From contig NC_045707.1 of NCBI RefSeq assembly GCF_009834535.1, forward strand, positions 61,506,001 to 61,570,000: a stretch of DNA of 64,000 nt, given 5' to 3'. Made by a program: the position numbers and the translations under genes. The notes below the pieces were generated by a model. The model did not search any database. It was not told the DNA's origin and saw only the letters and a list, made by a program, of their open reading frames with translations. Shown piece after piece: positions 1-45,886 of this stretch (its first letter is position 1; each line of letters starts with the position of its first letter). The stretch is from Camelus ferus (Eukaryota).

Positions 1-514
1 TTTGCTATTCAGTTATAAATATTTCATAATTTCCATTATGGCTTATTCTTTGACCTGTTAATTGAGGGCACTGTTAAGTTTTTCTAAATGGGTTTCTAAA
101 GTTGTTTTTTAGTTATTGATTACATTTCATTTTATTTGTAGTCAGAGACTATGAACTAGGTGATAAAAAGGCTTTGCTGTTGGAACAGGGATGAAGAAAT
201 AGATAAAATGAAGAGAATGAGTTAAGTATCCATATTTACATCCCAGATCCTGTGTATAACAGACACGGCATTTCTGTTGATTTAGGTGATAAGGATTTTT
301 TAAAAATTATTCTTGTATAATTACTTATCCCTATGGAAAAAAATGTAGGATTTAGTATCTTCCTTCTCCTTACACAGAAATAAATTCCAATTATGACTTA
401 AATGTGAAGAAAAAAACTTCACAGGAAAATATGAGAGTACTTCTGAGTTTTTCCAGGACCTCTTACCATTGCCTTTGTGTATATTTATCTTCATAGTCAA
501 ATATTTAAATACTA

Positions 515-1132
515 TTCTCAACACAGCATCCAGAGTGATTCTGTTAAAGGTAAGTCGGATCATGTCACTCCACTGCTCAAAACCTTCCAATTGCTGGCTT
601 TCCATGGTACTCAAAGCGAAATTCCAAGTCCTCACATTAGCCTTCAAGGCCCTTTCTCAACAATACAGCCCCTCTCTGATGTCATCTCCTACTCCTCTCC
701 CCTTCCTTTTGTCTCTTCCAGACACTCTGGCCCCTTTGTGGTTCATAGAAAAAGCCAAAGTGCTTCTGCCTCAAGGCATTTGCTTTTGTTTCATTTGCCT
801 AAATTCTTTTTCCCAGAAGGCTACGTGGCTCATTTCTAGCCTCTATTAAATATCTGCTCAAGTTACGTCTTTTCAAAATACCTAACAGTGGTATTTTATA
901 TTACTTAATACACCTATCACTTCCTGTTGGTCCTTTTCTGCTTTGTATTTCTCCATAACCCTTATCCTCACATTCTGTGATGTAATTTGCTTATTTATAT
1001 TGTTATCATAATTCCCCTCAATTGAATGTAAGCCCCGTGAGGCAGGGATTACTTCTTTTTTTTTTTTAAACTACTGTATCCCCAACATCTTGACAGACAA
1101 GTTCAATATTTGATGAGCAGATTAATAAATGA
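515..1132 (+). mobile_element. L2 LINE 3' fragment
   Basis: cagcatccagagtgattctg...gatcatgtcactccactgctcaaaacc and gaatgtaagccccgtgaggcaggga motifs typical of the L2 3' end. Confidence 0.7.
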
Positions 1133-1252
1133 ACCCTTTATGACTCCAATTAAATGTTAGTTTCTTTTGTGAAGTCTTCCAATTATAAGGGATCTCCTGT
1201 CATTAAAACACTTCCTGTTTCTGTATCACTACTTTATTTCTCTTTTCCCCTC

Positions 1253-1680
1253 TGTATTAGTCAGGGTTATCCAGAGACACAGAACCAATAGAACATATAT
1301 CCCCATCGTCTCTTTATTCACACACACACACACATACACACACACACATACACACACACATTTTAAAGAAATTGGCTTATACAGCATGGGGGCTGGCAAG
1401 CCCCAAAGCTGTAGGACAAGCTGACAGGCTGAAGATTCAGGTAAGAGCTGATGTTGCAGTCTTCAGTCTGCAGGCTAGAAACTCAAGCAGAACTTGTAAA
1501 TTGGACTCTAGAGGCAGAATCCCATCTTCTTTGGGAAACTTCAGTCTTTGCTTTTAAGGCCTTCAACTGATTGAATGAGGCCCACCCACACTATGGAGAG
1601 TAGTCTAGTGTTTGATCTGGTGTTTGATCACACAACTGGTCATCACTTTCTAGCCAAGATGGCACATGAAATAAACAATG
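1253..1680 (-). mobile_element. MLT2 (ERVL) LTR containing a (CA)n microsatellite at 1319-1360
   Basis: Starts tgtattagtcagggttatccagagacacagaaccaatag and ends gccaagatggcacatgaaataaacaat. Confidence 0.75.
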
Positions 1681-1779
1681 ATACCCTTTTACTCCTCCAA
1701 ACACTTCATGTGCCTATCTTATTACTTTGTTCTTCTTTTCCTCTCATGTACGGCAGTCATTCAATGTACAAACCCTGTT

Positions 1780-2410
1780 AGCTGTACTTTTTAAATAATC
1801 CAAATACTTCTTCCCATTCTGTGGACAGCCAGTATCTTGGCTGGAGCTGCCATCATCCTGTCCTGGAACAAAGGCAGTAGTATCTTTCTCGGTTTCTCTG
1901 TATCCATTCTTGCTTCATTACAATTAATTTTCCATAGAAAAGCCAGATTATTCCTTTAAAAACATAAATCCCCCTCTTTTCAAAACCCTCTAATGACTTC
2001 TTGTCACCCTTATAAATTCAAAGTCCTAGATGTGGCTCACAAGGCACTACTTAATCTGACCATGGTTAATCTCTGGCCCTCATCCTACATTCTCCCCTGG
2101 CTCACTCTGCATCAGCCTCATCCATCAGCTTGAAAAGGATGCCCTCTCCTCAGGCCTTTTGCACGTGCTGTTCCCTTTGCCTGCAGAATTCCCCTCAGTG
2201 AAACCATACCTTATCCTACAACTTCTCCTACTATCAATGTCTATCTTGTTAACTTATTGTATTTTTCTTCATTGTATTACTTACTGCCTGACATTATATT
2301 ATTTGTTTATTTAGTGTTTGTCACCTCTATTAGATTGTAACCTTCACTAAAAGAGTGTCTTTGTTTGCTTTGCTGCTGTATCTATAGCACCTAGAATGAA
2401 TTAAAGAAAT
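1780..2410 (+). mobile_element. L2 fragment
   Basis: cctcaggccttttgcacgtgctgttccc...tagattgtaacctt...agcacctagaa motifs. Confidence 0.6.
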
Positions 2411-3604
2411 GAGCACTCTTTAACTTTCTAAAAATGTTGTATGTAATTGTAAGCTTCTTTAGAAGCTATATCTTATTTGCCATATACACACTAGGGGCTC
2501 AGTAAATATCTTAGACTAAATAAATAATTTAAAAGGCAATACTGGATAGGCTTATATACTGTCCTTTTTCTAAAATTGGATATATTTGCAGACAGTAGAT
2601 ATTCAGTGGATGCTTCCTGAGTTTCAAATGCAAATTATTTTGGATTTATAAATAGTAGGGGTTAACATATGGCTAATTTAGTTTTATTTTGTGTAGAGAG
2701 AAACTAATTGGCAGTAATAACAAAAGAACTTTTGTAGTGAATTGTTTTGAAAATAGGCAAAAAAAGTACAATTTATGCTATCACCACATAATCCAAGATG
2801 ATTGCTTCTATAGGAGATGTTTCCTGTATTCAGAAATACTAAAGCAATTTACATGTACTAAACCTAAGTGCCAGGAATAGACAAAGATATGTCTTAACAT
2901 TATTTTCTTGAATATCTCTTTGTGGAATGGGTAAGGGTAGTTAGGCACTAGAATTTTTTAGTCTTTGATTAGAAGTTGAAGTTTAGCTTTTTTCTTTTGT
3001 TTCATTTTTACTTCTTTTCCAGTTTATTTTTGCTTTTCTCTCTGTGTGGGGGTAATGGGTGGATATATTTTAATAGAGAATAGGGAAGAAATAGGAGTGA
3101 TTACTTCATGCCCATTGACTTCCCTCATTTTATACTTTAAAAATGTGTTTGTATTTTTACTCCAAAACCAGCCCCAATTTGCAAAGTTAGATACATACAT
3201 TTTGAGGGAAGCTAATTTTGAAAATACAACAGTAGATTAGGAAAAAAAAAAACTTGATTTTGTGGGAAGAAAACTGGATTAAGCTTCAAAAAATTGTAGT
3301 TCTGATTTGAGTATCTGACAGTTGGATGTGTAATTCAGGAGAGTTATTGCATGTTAGGGGAGAATGGAACCTTACAAAGATCTCAAACCAGACCCTTCCT
3401 TTTACTGATAAATTGATGCCCAAAGACATTGTGTGCAAAGCAAAGAATAAAAGAGAGGCTTCCTGATTCCCAGGCCTTTTCCCTTTTCATTATATCAATA
3501 TTTTAATTTGTAATTATACATATATATGTATATGTGTATATGTTCACATATTTAAAGTAGTATCTTTGTCTCTCTCTAATACTATATGACAGTCTTACCT
3601 TTTT

Positions 3605-3750
3605 TTAATTGTATTTATTTTTATTATTTTTTTGGAGGGGTAATTAGGTTTATTTATTTATTTATGTTCGAAGGGAGTACTGGGGGTTGAACCCAGGACC
3701 TCGTGCATGCTAAGCATGCACTCTACGCTTGAGCTATACCCTCGGTCCCC
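3605..3750 (-). mobile_element. Vic-1-like tRNA-derived SINE (camelid)
   Basis: Reverse complement reads GAGGGTATAGCTCAAGCGTAGAGTGCATGCTTAGCATGCACGAGGTCCTGGGTTCAACCCCCAG plus an A-rich tail; TSD tcttac/tcttttt at 3593-3604 and 3751-3762. Confidence 0.85.
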
Positions 3751-4229
3751 TCTTATCTTTTTAATAATTGCAGGCTCTTTGAGACCAGACATATGCTCAA
3801 ATTTCTTTCCTTCTCAAAACATCATCCTGGAGCTGAACACCCGGTACATGCCCTGGAAAATATGTTAAATAGAATTCACTTAAACGCAGAATTGCACAAC
3901 AACCGCCGTGGATCCGGACCAGGCTTTGGCCTTCTCCCTGCACAGGGCAAGAGCAGATAAGTGAGCCCGCTCCAAGTTCCCTGCCGAGGTTTAGAGGCGC
4001 CCCGGAGCTGGTCCCCTGGAAGAAAGAAGGCTTTCACTTAGGTTTCATCCCTTGGGCTTTTCCGTGAGTGCCTCTGCTGGGGCTGCGGGATCTCCTGCGG
4101 CACGGACGGGGCAGGGGAAGGAACGCAGGTGCAGCAGTGGGGCGGGAGGTGGCGTGAAAGGAATTAGGACCGAGGACATTCTCTCCCTGGAAGTGGGAGA
4201 GGGATCCGAGTCCCAGCGTGGAGCCGCCT

Positions 4230-4242
4230 GTTGCCAGGCAAC
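4230..4242. promoter_or_regulatory. RFX X-box
   Basis: GTTGCC-A-GGCAAC is a perfect palindrome matching the RFX consensus GTNRCC-N0-3-RGYAAC. Confidence 0.8.
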
Positions 4243-4244
4243 CT

Positions 4245-4407
4245 GCAGACGCGGGCCTGGGCTAGCCAGAGCCTCTGCCGGGAACCGTCCCCTTCCAGCT
4301 CCTCCTGTCCGAAGCTGTCTCAGGGAGGGTTTCCTCGGTGGAATTCCTCCAGTTTATACATTTTCCAGCCCTCGCACTCTGGATTTAGTCTTTATCCAGA
4401 TTGTTGG
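4245..4407 (+). other. CAPS2: Probable non-coding first exon of CAPS2 (5' end uncertain)
   Basis: Consensus donor GG|GTAAGT at 4408 at the edge of the CpG region. The ATG-bearing exon has its own acceptor at 6058-6059, so an upstream exon is implied. Confidence 0.55.
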
Positions 4408-4969
4408 GTAAGTTCAGGTTGGCTGCCCCTTGAGTCCCACCCCAGTCCATGAATCCCAGGTAGGAAGAGGGTGGAGCATTCTTTCTGGTACGTTGCAGGT
4501 GCTCCTAAGTATGATCTCAACTTTTGGGGGAGTGACGTGGGGGTAATTACTCAGCTTCGTTTGAAATTAGGAGTGACCTCAGGTTCTATTCAGACACCCA
4601 GGTCTGTTATCACCTAGGCTCCAAGGTAGTCTTGGTCCCCAATTGCATGGAGCTTAAATGCTAAATTATACTTACACATCTCTTTCGTCTCTCCTTGATC
4701 ACGGGCTGAACTTGATCAATTTATTCTTTGCTTTCCACTATGTTCTGATTTGGCATAAGCAACATTATAGCCACTTAATACTACTAACCAAGAAAGAAGT
4801 GATGATAATTGGAGCTGGAAATAATCATTTTTAAAAATGAGAGACATGAGAGGTGAATTCAGTACTTTTTGTCGCAAAAAAGATAATATGGTAAGATATG
4901 GATCTGTTAGTGAACAATATTCATTACATGCTAGAAGTAATGTCTCATGACTTGGCAGCTGTGTGCATA

Positions 4970-5885
4970 GAGACAGAAGCCATCAAGTGCTCTTCCCTCC
5001 TCCTGCTACCCCCCCCCCCACCAGCGTACCCCAGCTGAGTATTCAGGGGAGAGTCTGTTCCTGCTTCTTGTAGCTTCTAGGGACTGCTGCTTTCCGTCCA
5101 TTTCAAAGCCGGCTGCTTAGCAACTTAGCTCCCCTTTGACCTGTTCTCCCATCCTCACGCTTTCTCTTCTCACTCTGATCATCCTGCCTCCCTTTTATAA
5201 GGTGAGTAATTGGGCCCACCTGATACTCCAGGATACTCTCCACATTTTGAAATCCTTAACTTTTAAAAAAATTCTTACACTGTAGCTATATTTTGCATAG
5301 GAAAGGGGGGGAGGAAACACTACAGGACTCAAAACTTTCAGGAATTATGATATTTAAGGGGAATGATAAAAAGATTAATTCCCCACGTGAGTAATTCAAA
5401 CTCCATAACTAAACATAGATGCTCCTTCTTTTCTTTCCTTGTTTTTGACTTTACTAACTTTATTTTTTAATTGTGGTTGTTGTTTTTAATTCTTATTTTT
5501 TACTGAAGTGTAGTCGATTTACAGTGTTAGTTTCAGGTGTACAGCAAAGTGATTCAGTTATACATACATATGTATTTTTTCAGTTTCTTTTCCATTATTA
5601 TTCATTACAAGAAATTAAATATAGATCCCTGTGCTATACAGCAGGTCCTTGTTGTTTATCTGTTTTATATATAGTAATGTGTATCTGTTAATCCCATACT
5701 CCTAATTTATCCCTTCCCCCTTTTCTCCCTGGTAACCACTGTTTGTTTTCTATGTTCATAAGTCTATTAAAATCTTTAATTTAATCACATTGGAAAAGTC
5801 TTTTTTGCCATTTAAAGCGACATATTCACAGAGTCTGGTGACTAGGACATGAGCATCTTTGGGGGACCATTATTCAGACTAGTAT
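4970..5885 (-). mobile_element. MLT1 (MaLR) LTR split by a ~507-bp insertion
   Basis: MLT1-like text ...ggatactctccacattttgaaatccttaactt resumes as aatcacattggaaaagtc...catattcacag...catctttgggggaccattattcag. Confidence 0.7.
5460..5769 (-). mobile_element. L1 3' end (laurasiatherian/cetartiodactyl type)
   Basis: gaagtgtagtcgatttacagtgttagtttcaggtgtacagcaaagtgattcag...ccctgtgctatacagcaggtccttgttg. Confidence 0.8.
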
Positions 5886-6089
5886 TACACAAATGTTGCC
5901 TCAGATAATGTAGCTGAGTCACAAAAAGTTGATTTTGGTGAAAGAAGTAAAAGTGATTAACCACACGATTTCTTTCCATGTAACGTTATGTAATTTGTAT
6001 GGCTTATTTAAAATTAGAGTAAGAGTTGTCATTTTATATTTATTTTACTTTTTTCAAAGATATACCGTATGATACATACGTGAACTTGA

Positions 6090-40091
<34,002 letters not shown>

Positions 40092-40903
40092 TTTTTTAAA
40101 ATGAGTGTGTTATCAGTGCTAAGCATTTTAAAGGAGAGATGAGTTGAATGTAAAGTATCAAACACTGGAATATATTTTTCTAGGGCTCTCTTTACTGTTT
40201 GTTGTTTTCTCAAAAAAGTTGAGTCTGGAAAGAGAAACATTCAGAAAGACAGATGTAAGTGTCTGTGTAGGTTCATACACATGTACAAATCCTTGTCTGT
40301 TTATACGTTTATAAAGATCTCTCTTTTTTGACTTTTTTTTTTTTTTTTTTTTTTACTTATCTTGAGTGTATTTTAGAGTTCATTTAAAAAATTAGTCTTC
40401 ACAGGAAAGAAACATCTCTATCAAGTGACAGGAGAACAGCTATATAGTAACCGAGTTTCTTGTCCATTGTTTTTCTGCTCCCCATTCCACAAAGTATAAT
40501 TGCCACCATTCTCCATCTGATGAATTGGACTTGGACTCAAAGCCTGTGAGAATGAAATAGCTCAACTTGTTTCAACTATCTGAACACATTAAATGAATTA
40601 AAGGATATACAAGAGAAATTTTGCATGCAGTGTTACTAGAGATGTTTTCTGCAACTTAACTATTTAGAATGATGGAGATTTACTCCTAAAATGCTTATTT
40701 AAACACTGACTTGTCTGGTGAATTCTTGTCTTCTACATCGTGTGCTGCCGTTTGTTCAATAGAGCACAATGTCATTTTCTAGTGACCAGTTCTATCTGTT
40801 CTTTTATTCTGTTCTCAACTGCAATTCTTATTACCCTGCACAGAATTATTGTTTAGCTAGAAACAGTACAATATGGAAAGGGAAATGTTTTCTTAAAATG
40901 TTA

Positions 40904-40914
40904 AATAAAATAAA
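40904..40914 (+). terminator. Candidate CAPS2 polyadenylation signals (overlapping AATAAA pair)
   Basis: AATAAAATAAA ~0.8 kb after the stop codon. Further candidates occur downstream, e.g. 41402 and 42043, the latter followed by a U/GU-rich tract. Confidence 0.4.
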
Positions 40915-43900
40915 GATCTCTAAAAGTACACTATCACTTATATGGACTAGGCGATAATTAGTAATTCTTCATCAAAATGTAAAAAGTTAATTTGTATCCT
41001 AAAATGGTATTCTAAATAACACCTCTTTTTGGTTTACTAAATAACCGAAACATTTTCTTCTAAATAGATATTATTTAACAGTTAGAGGTGCTGTGATCAT
41101 TCTTTCTAAATTCTTCTATGTTCCTCACTGCTCCTTGGAAATACAGACAGAATGGGAAACTTACAGAGTTGTTTTCAGGTTCATAATTTTTAATTTAAAT
41201 ATTAAGATAACATGAATTAGGAAAAAAAAAACAGTGTCAAGCCAAATAAGAAGTGGTTCAAAAATGAGACTATAGACTTTGTGGAATATGAATTTCAGCA
41301 TATAACTTCATTCATCCAGACCCCTTGGCAACATTATCAGAAATGAGGTATGTGTGAACCAAATGAATTCAAAGTAGTACTTCTCCAAGAGTTGAGGAGG
41401 TAATAAAATTTATTGCTGAAATTTCAGAAGCAAAATCTGTACATTTTAGTGCTATCTTCACTAGCTAAATTCTTTATGCCTTGGGGATTTTTTTTTCCAA
41501 TTAGGTTATTATAATGAAAACAATATGCTGGAAGGTTTTGACAGAAACAAGTCTAAAACACTATTTCTGAGTCATATTCTTTTTCTTGGAAAAATGTTTC
41601 CACCCACCTATAATCATCTTAAATTCTACAAATTGTTTTTATGTTAAAATGACTAATACCCTGGGTGTTCAATATGTATGTAGTATTTTTTACTGATACA
41701 TTTTTACTTAGTTTTCCTTAACAAATATATTCTTAATACTGTCATGTTTTCCAGTGACTATAATCAGAAAATGTATAGACTGTCATATTGTTTAAAAAAG
41801 AAAAAGGAGATTCTTCTAGGATTTAACATATTTGTATGACCACGTAGTCTTAAATAAACCTCCACCCTCTTAATATAAATATTCACATGTAGTTATTTAT
41901 AGGAATTTTCTCTTTAGGAGTTTAAAAAGACTCTTTTGTAGTTAATTTCTTATTATTTTATACTGTTATTTCCATGTAAAGCTAGAAAATGCATATTGAA
42001 TATGTTATTTGGCATATTTCATTAAATTATAATTGGTGACACAATAAATCATTCTGCTTTTGCTTCACTGCCTGCATTTTTCTTGGGCTTTGGTATAGTA
42101 AAATCTATTTTTTGTATTCAGTTTAAGTTACATTTTCAAATATCCACAGCATAATAACTGACTTTTGAAATTCTATTCTCAATAGTCTTCATATTCTACA
42201 AATCTCTTGATTACCTTTCAAATATTAAGTTATATGTTGTGATGATGTTACATGTAGTTTATAGTTAAGCGTATTTTGTTTTCTCTAGATCTAGTTACTT
42301 GTTTGTGGTGTAGAATTGCTTCCCAATTAACCATCCTGTGTTATTGAATTCTATATATTGATTTTACTATTTCTATTCTTATCAGTAACGTTTTACAGAA
42401 TTTTTAGGGAAAATTTACATTTTATTAAAAAGGGGATATAATTTAGGAATTTTTAGCTGTATTTTCATTGGTAAAGATTATACATTTGTATGATGGAACA
42501 ACTAGAGTATAGTATGGATAAAAGTATATGTTCTTGTTTTAAATTGTATAGTATATAAACATATGTGCTTAATGAGCCAGTGACTCTGCACAGGGACAGT
42601 CACTTAGGATGATTCATAATTTTGATACAGCTATAAAACACATCTTAGTTTATTAATTACTTGGGATTTCCAGTCAGTCTAAGTTGTCAGTTACCTCAGG
42701 AGAGAATTGTGTAAAATAAACTATGCTTACTGCAGATTATTTAAAATGCATTTGTGAGATTATAGTTTACAGTGATATGTACGGTGATGAACTGTAACCA
42801 CTGCTAGGTTGACCAGCAAGAACACACATCTAAGCGAAAGTGCTCAAAGAAGTAGAAGGAACTGAATCTGTGTAACACAAGCCAAGCAGGAGAGGGGAGA
42901 GAGAACCCAGTGGGTTGACAGGGATGTGTTAGTAACTGATCAGGGAAGGCGCTCCTGTCATGGCCTCCCACTTTTATTGTAAGGATAAATGGATGATTTA
43001 CTCAGCAGCAATTGTTATGGTTCTTACATTTGAACACTTTTGCATGAAAACACTTCAGCACAGACCATGTAAGTAGTCTGAATGTGCAATTTAATGCAAA
43101 CTTCAGTCATAGGGGTGGTGTTTCCCTAATAAACAATGCACAGACTGCACTTTATCGGCAAGGCCTCACCACTCAGGGGCTACATTCACTCCAGTTATCT
43201 GGGGCTTAGTTGATATGGGATGCCTGGTAATTTGCCTTCTAAGTACAGTGGGTTTTGCTCATGAAAACAGTGTCTTGTCTTGAGTCCTGAATGGCGTTGG
43301 GGCCCACCAGTGGAGTAGGACTTCTGACTGACCAGTTGTAACAGGGTAACAGGATCCCTCCCCCAGTGTTACTGCTGCTTCCTCTGGTGAGCCTCTGAGG
43401 CGTGGCGGTGGTTGGAGCGCCCGAAGGGCCAACCGCTGGGACTTCACTGATCTTAGAGAATGGGTTGTAGAACCTCTTTGCGCCTCCTTGCTAAAATGTG
43501 CTTCTTTAATGAGCGTTGATGTGTGTGGCAGAATTACAAATTTGTATCATTATAACCGGGTAGTGAAATCAGGAAGAGTAGCTAATTCTCACCTACCTCA
43601 GTGGTTTTAGGGAGGCTGGGGAAATCACAGGTAAGTACCATAAAGAATCTATTACTTGTGCACAGCTAAATTAGTTACTCCTAATTCAGTCGTCAGCTCA
43701 CAGCTGCAATTCTCTGTCGACACTGCGGTCAGCATCACAAAACAAAATACGGCATGGCACAATGCCTGAAGGAGTGGAGTTAAAAACTCCAAAGCCTAGT
43801 TCATGATTGCTAAACACAGGCATAAACTAGGCACAGTGGAGCATGGAAGGACTGTTTATGTCATCCCAGGGGAATACTAAATAGCTCACCATTCTGAGAA

Positions 43901-44631
43901 CATTAGCTTTATCAAGGTGTTATTGAGAAGCAATTGAAGTGTTCAGCTGAAACAGCAAAGATTTTGGAGATTTGATCACATAGATTTTAGAACTGTATTA
44001 GTGGATACACATTTTCAGACTTCTCTCTTTAATAACCCATGTAAGTTGATTTGTATAGTTTTTGGATATCCAAGGCAAGGTAAAGATATTTGGAAGGATT
44101 TGAATTAAAAAAATTACCTATCTGGTGACAAATGTTATGCAAGGAGAACCCAGTCAAGGTCCCTGTTGTGTTTAAGTATTCTTGGACAAAAACAATGAGT
44201 GGAACAGAGAACCAAAAAAGTCACAGGTAATATCATCAAGGATATAAGAAAAGACAATCTGCTTATGAAACAAAAATGGAATCTTATGAAAAAAGAAAAA
44301 TCAAAGAACAATTTTTAACTTTAGAAATTAAGAATATTATGAATCAGGTCAAGCTGGCTTCAGCTTCTGCTGATGGCATGGCATTGGCCCCAGTGCTGCC
44401 TGGAGACGAGAGTCTGCAGGATAGGTGCTGCCGGTTGGAGGATGGTGATGGGCAGTAGTGTGAAGCTGAGATGTGAGGATGAGGAAGAGATGGCAGCGGC
44501 AGGGGAGGGTTGGATGCTTGCTGGGGGCACTGGTGAGCTGGTGGGTCCTTGACCAAGGAAAGAGTCCATCATGGTCCTGTGTGCTCAGCCCTCTCTAGGC
44601 CAGATGTTGCATCTCCCACCTGGTGAGGGAA

Positions 44632-45870
44632 ATGCGGGCTTAGGTCTTAGCAATCTGGAAAAAGTCCAGCCCCCTGAGCTGCTGAAACTCTACCAGGTAT
44701 AGAAACAGAAATTCCAACCACAAGAGAAATGGGCAGAGCCGTAGAAAACGGCTACCCCTGAGAATAATAACATAGTGTGCTGAAGACAGAGACGTGTCAA
44801 GATTTCAGAGATTTAACCCATTTTAAAATTTTCCATCTTGCACATCAATTTTTATCCTGGCTGTCAATATTTTGGACAGATCCTTGGCTCGTTTGAAGGT
44901 GAAACCTAAAAGTTCTCTTGCATTGGAGTCTGCTGTTTTGGCTGGCTACCAGAATAGTTGAAGAAAAATGCAATGTTTCATCTCCTCATAACGTAATCTG
45001 AACTAGTCAATGTAAATGCACTGCTTCTAACAAAAAATCAAGGAAGAAAATTTTTGGAAAAAAATCAGAACTATGAAATGGAACATACTGCTGTATTGAA
45101 CTTTTTTTTTGCTTACATAAGACTATTATACTTCTTCATATTTCAGAAAGGAAAGAAATATTGAGCCTTGATAAACTGGAAGCACAGCTGAAAGCTTGCA
45201 ATTTTCTACTAGTCTTTTCAAAAGCAAAGCCATCTGTATTAGCTTTGTGCCTTCTCAATCTGTAAGTAGAAATGTAATTCATTAAATTATTGCACATCCT
45301 TCTGCTTGTTATAAAGCATTCAGAGATCAATGATACTGAGTTCTTTTACTGGAGGGAATAAGTTTCTAAATGATTAGCGGAATGTTTTCTCTTGATTGTT
45401 GCAAGAAGTTGGTTTGGATTGTTTCTGGGTGCAGAGCCCAGACCCTCCAAGACAACAACTGTGGTGTCCCTGAGTTGTCAACAGTACCAGCGGATAGCTG
45501 TCTTGACAAAAGTGAAAGCGAACACTCGGAAGATGTGAACTTGGAGAATGAAGTCCCAGCAGCTGTCTCTCCATCTCAGTGATCAAAGATGCACTGTCTT
45601 TTTCAACTTAAAAGTGGCACAGTCCCTGTGTTTCCCATTTTATAAACCTAACTGCACTGTGTCAGAATTTAAAGTATACATGTGGTTTATAAGCAATAAA
45701 TGGGGATGTAGGTAATGTTTTAGTCCAGCCCCTATCTAGGCAGGACTACAAAGACTGGAACACCTGTTGTCTGTAATTACTCAGATCAGATCTGGTCTAT
45801 TTTCATATTCTAAGCTCTCAGCTGGGTTAGGACCTCTAAAATGATGGGAAATAATTTAAATATTGGCACA
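44632..45870 (+). pseudogene. CCNG2: Cyclin G2 processed pseudogene (old; multiple stops and frameshifts), CDS remnant ~44632-45643 plus 3' UTR
   Basis: Intronless peptide blocks KFQPQEK, ATPENNN, ILAVNILDR, SERKEILSLDKLEAQLKACN, FSKAKPSVLALCLLNL, INDTEFFYWRE, KKLVWIVS, VPELSTVP and FNLKVAQSLCFP match recalled cyclin G2 in the correct order. Confidence 0.9.
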
Positions 45871-45886
45871 TTTGCTCTTTTCCTTT

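Larger units (their letters stand above)
3880..4420 (+). promoter_or_regulatory. CAPS2: CpG/GC-enriched promoter region of CAPS2
   Basis: Most CpG-dense stretch in an AT-rich window. Contains a GC box (GGGGCGGGAG, 4139-4148) and an X-box (4230-4242), and lies ~1.7 kb upstream of the first coding exon. Confidence 0.75.

Noticed and set aside
3670..3745. tRNA-Ala-like sequence (also near 21970, 35910 and 48240)
   Set aside because: A/B boxes are present, but A-rich tails and mostly clear TSDs show these are SINEs, not tRNA genes.
4052..4452. 119-aa and 73-aa ORFs in the promoter
   Set aside because: Non-ATG starts and stop-poor GC-rich sequence; no recognisable protein.
44344..44572. Pro/Ser-rich minus-strand ORFs (MMDSFLGQGPTSS...)
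   Set aside because: No recognisable homology; low-complexity antisense reading of a G-rich block better explained as decayed CCNG2 leader.
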